Origin: Ignicoccus pacificus DSM 13166
Lineage (GTDB): Archaea > Thermoproteota > Thermoprotei_A > Sulfolobales > Ignicoccaceae
Assembly (NCBI GenBank): GCA_025340205.1
Contig: CP006868.1
Location: 360,001-392,000 of the forward strand
Direction of reading: 5' to 3'
Length of the DNA: 32,000 nucleotides
This document shows positions 26,214 through 32,000 of the stretch, in pieces. Made by a program: the position numbers and the translations under genes. Each line of letters starts with the position of its first letter. Position 1 is the stretch's first letter. The notes under the pieces were generated by a model. The model saw only the letters and a program-made list of their open reading frames with translations, ran no database searches and was not told the origin of the DNA.

Positions 26214-27270
26214 CGGCTACAAGGCAATTCCTTATGACAAGCCCGTTATCCTTGAACTTGGAGAGAAACTAACGTTGCTGGTGGGACCTAACGCAGCTGG
26301 GAAGAGCGCAGTCCTAGAGGCCTTGTACTACGTTCTAAATGGGAAGAGTTTCCCGGTTGAATATTCCTATAAGAAACTAGGTAGGTACGTGATCCTTTCG
26401 GTAGTCTTTCAACAAAAGGATGAACTGAAAACCCTTCTGTACTTGTACACTGTAACTTCGGGGTCAACATATACGCTCGAAGAAGTAGTAGAGATTAGAG
26501 GTGACGTCCTTGAAAAGATATCCAGCATTACTAAAAAGATTAGCTATGCTAATACGGATGAAGTCATGAACTCCATCTATCAAATTAGTTCCGATGTAGT
26601 ACATACGGGCATAGAACTTATAGATATACAAAGACCACTATACTTTGAAGGAGACCTTATTAAGAGGGAGAAAGTCCTTTCCCTTTTGTTTAAGCAGTAC
26701 GGTTTGATTAGTGAAGGAATAAAGAGGGTTGATGAGTGGGTAAAATTACTCGGATATACGAGATTTAGAACCTTAATCAACGAAAGAGGAGACTTCGTCT
26801 ATGAGTTTTATGATGGCAGAAGTGGAGAATGGATTAGGATAGATGAATGTGCGGGAGGTCTACGGTCTACCGTAGGTCTGATCTATTCGCTTAGCTGTCC
26901 CATTGAGATGATGTTAATCGATGACGTTGAGGTAGGTCTCCACCCCTCGCTCCAAATACGACTTCTTGAGGAGCTCTTGAAATGGCATGGACAAGTAATT
27001 GTGTCATCTCATAGCGAGACAGTGTTCTACTATTTGTTGTATAGAAAAAAGGAGCTAGGCGATAAGATAAAGATAAACTTGATGTACAGAGACGAAGAGG
27101 CAGTGTATGCTGAGGAAATAGGAAGGGAGATTCCGATAAAGCTCAGTAAGAAGGCAGAGAAGGCCTTGAAGGAGTTCGGAGCTTATGGTCTATTTGGAGA
27201 GAGTGGGTTCTACTCCCTAAAGGCCCTCTTAGAGGGAAATGAAAATGAGAAAGATAGTAGTAATAGATAA
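26182..27270 (+). CDS. AAA/ABC-type ATPase (OLD/RecF-like, AAA_15/21-type)
   Basis: Walker A VGPNAAGKSAVLEAL, signature-like CAGGLRSTVGLIYSL, Walker B/D-loop MMLIDDVEVGLHPSLQ, H-loop VIVSSHSE. Confidence 0.9.
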   Translation: MPPVIRKVMVSGYKAIPYDKPVILELGEKLTLLVGPNAAGKSAVLEALYYVLNGKSFPVEYSYKKLGRYVILSVVFQQKDELKTLLYLYTVTSGSTYTLEEVVEIRGDVLEKISSITKKISYANTDEVMNSIYQISSDVVHTGIELIDIQRPLYFEGDLIKREKVLSLLFKQYGLISEGIKRVDEWVKLLGYTRFRTLINERGDFVYEFYDGRSGEWIRIDECAGGLRSTVGLIYSLSCPIEMMLIDDVEVGLHPSLQIRLLEELLKWHGQVIVSSHSETVFYYLLYRKKELGDKIKINLMYRDEEAVYAEEIGREIPIKLSKKAEKALKEFGAYGLFGESGFYSLKALLEGNENEKDSSNR

Positions 27271-27742
27271 GAGTGCTTTCCAAACGGAACCTAGCACTTG
27301 CGTGAAAGACGTAGTCGGAACGACCTTTTGTATACTAAGCCACGCTTCCCTTTGCCACTTCATCATATACATTCCCAAAGAAGCGTTCGAAAAAGAATGG
27401 AAAGACGCTTATAGGGGTTCAAGCATCCTCGATATAATGTCGGGTCTAGCTAAGGCCTACATCTCTGGTGTGCTAAAGGATTGTCAAGAGAGCACAACTA
27501 GTTGTTTACTTGCTAACATTTTCAGAAAGAGGAAGATTGTGCTCCGCAACGTCGGAGGTAATGTAAGGAACTTGAACCTCAAGGATCCCGACTACCTTTA
27601 CGTTGAGCTGGCTCTTCGATTAAAGGGCGAGAGCTCTCACGTATACCTCATAACGTGCGATGGAGATATGGAAAGGGTAGCTAGGCGTGAGGGAATAGTT
27701 GCTCTTGATCCCCAAGAGCTCTGTAACCAGCTCCTTAGGTAA
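27239..27742 (+). CDS. PIN-like nuclease domain protein
   Basis: KIVVIDKSAF N-terminal Asp strand, PDYLYVELALRLKG, C-terminal VYLITCDGDMERVARREGIVALDPQEL typical PIN acidic spacing. Confidence 0.7.
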   Translation: MKMRKIVVIDKSAFQTEPSTCVKDVVGTTFCILSHASLCHFIIYIPKEAFEKEWKDAYRGSSILDIMSGLAKAYISGVLKDCQESTTSCLLANIFRKRKIVLRNVGGNVRNLNLKDPDYLYVELALRLKGESSHVYLITCDGDMERVARREGIVALDPQELCNQLLR

Positions 27743-27801
27743 GCGCCCTAAGGGGTCTAGGATTTCAATCTCCCCCTCCCTTCTCCCTCAGGGGTTCACT
27801 A

Positions 27802-29511
27802 GTGGCAAAGTGGGTCGTCGGAAGCGCTTGGCCTTACGTTAATGCAGTACCGCACTTGGGCAACTTGGTAGGCTCGATACTCTCAGCTGACGTATTTGCC
27901 AGGTTCCTAAGGCTAATGGGAGAGGAAGTAGTAGCGGTCTCGGGAAGCGACGAGCACGGCACTCCGGTAGAGGTGGAGGCCCGAAAGAGGGGATTGGAAC
28001 CCAAGGAGCTCACCGACAAGATGCACGCTTACGTGAGCTCCCTCTTTAAGAAGTACTTGATCTCGTTCGATAACTACACCAGAACGCACAACCCTGTTCA
28101 CATAAAGTTCGTTCAAGACTTGTTCATGAAGATATACAACAACGGCTACATCTTCACCCAAGACTTGATATTGCCATACTGTCCAAAGGATAAGATATTC
28201 CTCCCCGATAGGTTCGTGACCGGCACTTGCCCCTACTGCGGCTACAACGGGGCCAGAGGAGATCAATGCGACGCTTGCGGAAAGCTGCTAGATCCTCCGG
28301 ACCTCATAAATCCCAGATGCTCTCTTTGCGGAACCAGGCCCACTTGGAAGAAGACCACCCACTGGTTCTTCGACTTGCCAGAAGCGGCGAAGGGCTTGGA
28401 CGAGTGGGTGAAGGAGAGCGACCTCCCGGACAACGTCAAGAACTTCACCCTGAAGTGGCTCGAGGAAGGACTAACTCCAAGGGCGGTGACTAGGGACAAC
28501 AAATGGGGAATTCCCGCCCCGTTTCCGGGAGCGGAGAACAAGACCATCTACGTGTGGTTCGAAGCCGTGTTGGGATACCTCTCTGCAGTAAAGGAGCTTG
28601 AGGTCAAGGAAAACAGAGAGGGACTCTTCGAGTACTTCTGGAAGGATCTGAACACTAGAACGGTCTACTTCATAGGAAAGGACAACATACCCTTCCACTC
28701 CATAATTCTTCCAGCCCTACTCAAGGCCACCGGGGAGCAATACCCCTTACCCTACCACATCTCCGCTACCGAGTACCTAATGTACGAGGGCAAGAAGTTC
28801 AGCAAGAGCAAGAGGATAGGAGTGTGGATAGATGAGGCATTGAAGCTCCTTCCGGATCCAGATTATTGGAGGTTCGCCCTAATCAGAATGAGGCCGGAGG
28901 ACAGGGACATGAACTTCGTGTGGAAGGAGTTCCACAGAATAATAAACAGTGAGCTGAACGACGACATAGGCAACTTCGCCCATAGGGTCTTAAGCTTCGT
29001 GAAGAGGAGGTTCGGAGGAAAGGTGGAGGGAGAGGTCGATAAGGAGATCAAGGAGAAGGTGGAGGAGCTCCACAAGAAGTTCGTGGAAGCGATGTATGAG
29101 ACCAGGATGAGGGATGCTACCAACTACCTCCTCGAAATGGCTAGACTCGGTAACAAGTACCTCAACGAGAAGGAGCCGTGGAGGATGCTGAAGGAGGGAA
29201 GGGAGGAGGAAGCGAAGAGCGTGATGTACACGTGTATGTACATCTTAAGGGAGATAGCTATGCACATGGCGCCCTTCACGCCCCTAGCAGCACAGAGGCT
29301 TTGGGAGATGTTGGGCGAAGAGGGCTCGGTTCATGAGCACGGAACCTTAGCTAGGGAGCACGGCAAGGATCCGAAGGGAGTGGCAGTAAACCCCAAGCCC
29401 CTCTTCCAGAAGCTCCCGGACGAGTTTGCCGATGAACAAGAAATGGAGAAGAAGATAATGAAGATAAGGGAGGAAGTTGAAAAGGAGAGGCCATTCCCGC
29501 TCTTCTCCTAA
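27802..29511 (+). CDS. metG: Methionyl-tRNA synthetase
   Basis: GSAWPYVNAVPHLGNLVGSILSADVFARFLRL, Zn motif CPYCGYNGARGDQCDACGKLL...CSLCG, KFSKSKRIG; GTG start. Confidence 0.97.
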   Translation: MAKWVVGSAWPYVNAVPHLGNLVGSILSADVFARFLRLMGEEVVAVSGSDEHGTPVEVEARKRGLEPKELTDKMHAYVSSLFKKYLISFDNYTRTHNPVHIKFVQDLFMKIYNNGYIFTQDLILPYCPKDKIFLPDRFVTGTCPYCGYNGARGDQCDACGKLLDPPDLINPRCSLCGTRPTWKKTTHWFFDLPEAAKGLDEWVKESDLPDNVKNFTLKWLEEGLTPRAVTRDNKWGIPAPFPGAENKTIYVWFEAVLGYLSAVKELEVKENREGLFEYFWKDLNTRTVYFIGKDNIPFHSIILPALLKATGEQYPLPYHISATEYLMYEGKKFSKSKRIGVWIDEALKLLPDPDYWRFALIRMRPEDRDMNFVWKEFHRIINSELNDDIGNFAHRVLSFVKRRFGGKVEGEVDKEIKEKVEELHKKFVEAMYETRMRDATNYLLEMARLGNKYLNEKEPWRMLKEGREEEAKSVMYTCMYILREIAMHMAPFTPLAAQRLWEMLGEEGSVHEHGTLAREHGKDPKGVAVNPKPLFQKLPDEFADEQEMEKKIMKIREEVEKERPFPLFS

Positions 29512-29582
29512 CGTCCTTTCCCATGAGGAACCACGCAGGCTCCGAGGGGTGAGGAGAGAACTAGGCTTCCGAGGGTGAAGCT

Positions 29583-30650
29583 TTGGAGATTTGGGAGTTT
29601 GTTATAAAACCAAGCATATACATAAGCTCCCTCTGCTATTCTATCTTAAGAATAGAGCCTTGGGACACTTGCTCCTACTCTTGCTTGTACTGCTACGCTA
29701 GGTGGTACAGAGGTCCTCACGGTTTTCCGAAACCAAAGCCTTGGATCCCGAAGCTGTTCGAAAGGATAGTGAGAGAGATCAAGGTTTACCCAAAGCCCTT
29801 CTTTCGGCTAGCGACCCTCTCGGAGCCCTTTCAAAGACCTTGGAGGGGCCTCTTTGAGATATTCGAAACAGCTGAGAGGTATGAGGTGCCTCTTGTAGTA
29901 AATACGAAGAGCGACGTGAGGTGGAACGACCTCTTCAACTGGTTGTTGAGGTTGGCTGACAAGCGACTCCTCTTGGTTCAAGTTACGGTCGGCTTCTTGG
30001 AAAGCTCCTCCCTCTTGGAGCCGAGGACACCAAGTCCTTGGAGGAGGCTGGAGTTAATAGAGAGGCTCAGGGAGCACGGAGTTCCAGTGGTCGCTAGGGT
30101 TCAGCCCTTGATTCCCGGCCTCGAGGAGGAGCAAGTCAGGGTCGCTAGGGAAGCCTTGGAGAGGGGGGCGTTGGGGATAATCACCGAAAGCTTGAGGGAA
30201 AGTGAGGAAGGAATAAACATAATCTACAAGGTGTTAGGAGTAAAGAGGAGCGGGAAGTGGGAGCCCTACGATATTAAGGGAAGACTGATACATCCGTCTC
30301 TAAGATGGAGGCTTGAAAGGCACTTCGCCTTCAAGTCCTTAGCTAGGTCGTATGGTAAAGAGCACGCCGACTGCAAGGACGTCTGCGAGTTCAGGGGAGA
30401 GTTGAAGGACTGTTGCTTAACCCACCTAGCCTTCGAGTCCACCAAGAGGCCCACCCTCCGAGACTTGTTAGCTCTAGGAAGGGAAAGAGCTTGTGAGAAG
30501 TACCTCTGCGGAGATAGGTTGAGGGAGCTCGGGAAGCTGGCTAGGCCCTTCAGAATGCATGAGAAGTTGCTTCTTAGGGCCTTCGAGAAAAGGAAGGAGT
30601 TGTGTCCCTTAGCCTACGCTGAAAGTTCCGTGCGAGGTCTCAACGACTAA
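29583..30650 (+). CDS. SPL/COG1533-like radical SAM protein
   Basis: EPWDTCSYSCLYCYARWYRGPHGFPKPKPWI...FFRLATLSEPFQ; EVPLVVNTKS; late Cys cluster. TTG start. Confidence 0.8.
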   Translation: MEIWEFVIKPSIYISSLCYSILRIEPWDTCSYSCLYCYARWYRGPHGFPKPKPWIPKLFERIVREIKVYPKPFFRLATLSEPFQRPWRGLFEIFETAERYEVPLVVNTKSDVRWNDLFNWLLRLADKRLLLVQVTVGFLESSSLLEPRTPSPWRRLELIERLREHGVPVVARVQPLIPGLEEEQVRVAREALERGALGIITESLRESEEGINIIYKVLGVKRSGKWEPYDIKGRLIHPSLRWRLERHFAFKSLARSYGKEHADCKDVCEFRGELKDCCLTHLAFESTKRPTLRDLLALGRERACEKYLCGDRLRELGKLARPFRMHEKLLLRAFEKRKELCPLAYAESSVRGLND

Positions 30651-31118
30651 CTTAACTCCCTTTACCTCGTTCCACGGATTTAAGCAGATGTCACCCTTCT
30701 TGAGGGATGGATACTGCTTTAGCATCGAGGTAAGTATGTTATTGAGTGTGCTTTTGAAGATGCCGGAGAAGGCGTTCTCTATAGTGGAGTCCTTCAGTTT
30801 AGTCAAGGGAACCTTTCTAGATAAGACCCCTAGGACGTCGCTAACTACCACCTTCGGCAGCTTGCAGCCGTTCGTGTACAAGATGAGCGTCACGTTGCTC
30901 TTGAGAAATTGCTGAGGGGAGGGAGCGGTGGAGGGGGAGAGAAGCCAAGTCATTTGAAAGTGATACTCAAAGGTGGAGTAGTTCGAGGTAGAGGCCGAAG
31001 TATAAGCCATTACCAAGGTTACTAGAAGTACTACGAAAACAGCTATCAAATGAGTTATTTTAAAGGGAGAACGTTTCTCCTTCTCTTTCATAAATACCTC
31101 CATCTCTTTTGTTGACAA
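30609..31118 (-). CDS. Small membrane-anchored extracytoplasmic protein
   Basis: N-terminal basic segment plus single TM (THLIAVFVVLLVTLVMAYTSAS) followed by a soluble domain. Confidence 0.6.
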   Translation of the reverse strand: MSTKEMEVFMKEKEKRSPFKITHLIAVFVVLLVTLVMAYTSASTSNYSTFEYHFQMTWLLSPSTAPSPQQFLKSNVTLILYTNGCKLPKVVVSDVLGVLSRKVPLTKLKDSTIENAFSGIFKSTLNNILTSMLKQYPSLKKGDICLNPWNEVKGVKLVVETSHGTFSVG

Positions 31119-31285
31119 AATTTATTTTCTCTCCTCCTTTCTATATAATTCGATTGACTAATAAAGAAAGAGAGGAATTCCTCATGTCTATTCGGTCAAC
31201 TTAGAGATCCATAATAAAGAATGCGCGTTGACCGTTGTAATTTTTTAGTAAAAACTTTTTATCCTTCGTTCAGAACCCCTTCCAT

Positions 31286-31374
31286 GCCGGGGTGCCCGAG
31301 CGGCCCAAGGGGGTGGCCTGGAGAGCCACTCCCCCTAACGGGGGGCGCGGGTTCGAATCCCGCCCCCGGCGCCA
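31286..31374 (+). tRNA. tRNA-Ser (anticodon GGA), long variable arm, encoded CCA
   Basis: Acceptor GCCGGGG/CCCCGGC, anticodon arm GTGGC-CTGGAGA-GCCAC, variable arm, T arm GCGGGTTCGAATCCCGC, G discriminator + CCA. Confidence 0.95.
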
Positions 31375-31565
31375 TGCTCCTTTTTACCTTTAGGGTGTCG
31401 TCTCTACATGCAACAGACCCAGAGATGAGAAACTGTGATTTCCGTCCCAAGTCTCCTCGTTCTAAAATCCCCAATCTCCATAGGGTAAAGTTAAACTATA
31501 TTCTGTAGCTTATGAAGTACATAGGGTATGATAACATTACTAGATTCTCTATTTTGAAAAGTGAA

Positions 31566-32000
31566 ATGAACGGAGGGGTAAGAACCTACGTATTCATGGA
31601 GGTCAGAAGCGGAACACTCTCGTTAAGCGTACCACAACTCCCCTTTGGGAAACTGAAGTTATCTAAGATTGAGCATGATTTGGACATAATACTCGACGAT
31701 AAAGCAAATGACCCTCTTGGGAAGCTCAGGGGTGTGTTATGGCTAAACAATAAAGTACAAGCAATCGCAGTAACCAAGGGACTCTACGGAATTTCGTCAA
31801 CTTGCTCCCACGTCTTCGATTCTTCTCTAGGTCTGATTGAGAAAAAGTGTTCATTCATAAAGGCCCTTGATGTTTCATCATATAATAGTAGGATTGTCTT
31901 TACTGTTCTTTCAGATAACAATAGTCTTTACTTATTCGATTCAAATCTGAATAGATGGTTTCGAATAAGTGCAGCCCACCCTCCTCGTGGTGTTACACTT
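31566..32000 (+). CDS. Beta-propeller-like protein, N-terminal part, runs off right edge; possible relative of 24238-25146
   Basis: Open frame from ATG 31566: MNGGVRTYVFMEVRSGTLSLSVPQLPFG...VFTVLSDNNSLYLFDSNLNRWFRISAAHPPRGVT; compare LYLFDTEESRWEYFPLLG in 24238-25146. Confidence 0.55.
   Translation, partial: MNGGVRTYVFMEVRSGTLSLSVPQLPFGKLKLSKIEHDLDIILDDKANDPLGKLRGVLWLNNKVQAIAVTKGLYGISSTCSHVFDSSLGLIEKKCSFIKALDVSSYNSRIVFTVLSDNNSLYLFDSNLNRWFRISAAHPPRGVTL

Noticed and set aside
31221-31508. 95-aa plus and 71-aa minus ORFs over 31286-31374
   Set aside because: Both translate across a clear tRNA-Ser gene and are artefacts.

Overview
The window is a compact, gene-dense archaeal segment. Codon preference (AGG/AGA/ATA), TATA-type promoters, a CRISPR repeat ending in ...GAAAG, Dph2, MEMO1 and single-copy tRNAs suggest a hyperthermophilic crenarchaeon; a Desulfurococcales/Ignicoccus-like origin is inference only. 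Housekeeping anchors are cysS (5524-6924, -), metG (27802-29511, +), a dph2-like gene (21581-22519, -), a MEMO1-family gene (22561-23472, -), tRNA-Arg(TCG) at 19367-19440 and tRNA-Ser(GGA) at 31286-31374. Accessory content is concentrated in four places. (1) A 12-repeat CRISPR array (7391-8168) has no cas genes in the window and ends about 10 bp from a convergent HepT/MNT-like pair. (2) Four HEPN/MNT nucleotidyltransferase loci occur: an overlapping MNT-HepT pair (8178-8884), a decayed MNT-HEPN pair (10250-10917), a single-polypeptide HepT-MNT fusion (20203-20949), and an intact HEPN-MNT pair leading directly into an AAA ATPase and a PIN-like nuclease (25433-27742). The last is the best candidate for an undescribed defence/stress module. 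(3) A very large protein (about 1345 aa) carries an archaeal type IV prepilin-like class III signal peptide (12224-16261) and a Ca-binding/dockerin-like loop. (4) A RelE-like toxin converges with a short RelB/Phd-like ORF on the other strand, next to a beta-propeller-like protein with a possible relative at the right edge. Two intergenic elements (about 411-470 and 21518-21580) share sequence and hairpin layout and may be a duplicated structured RNA family. All family calls come from motif reading; no database search was run.
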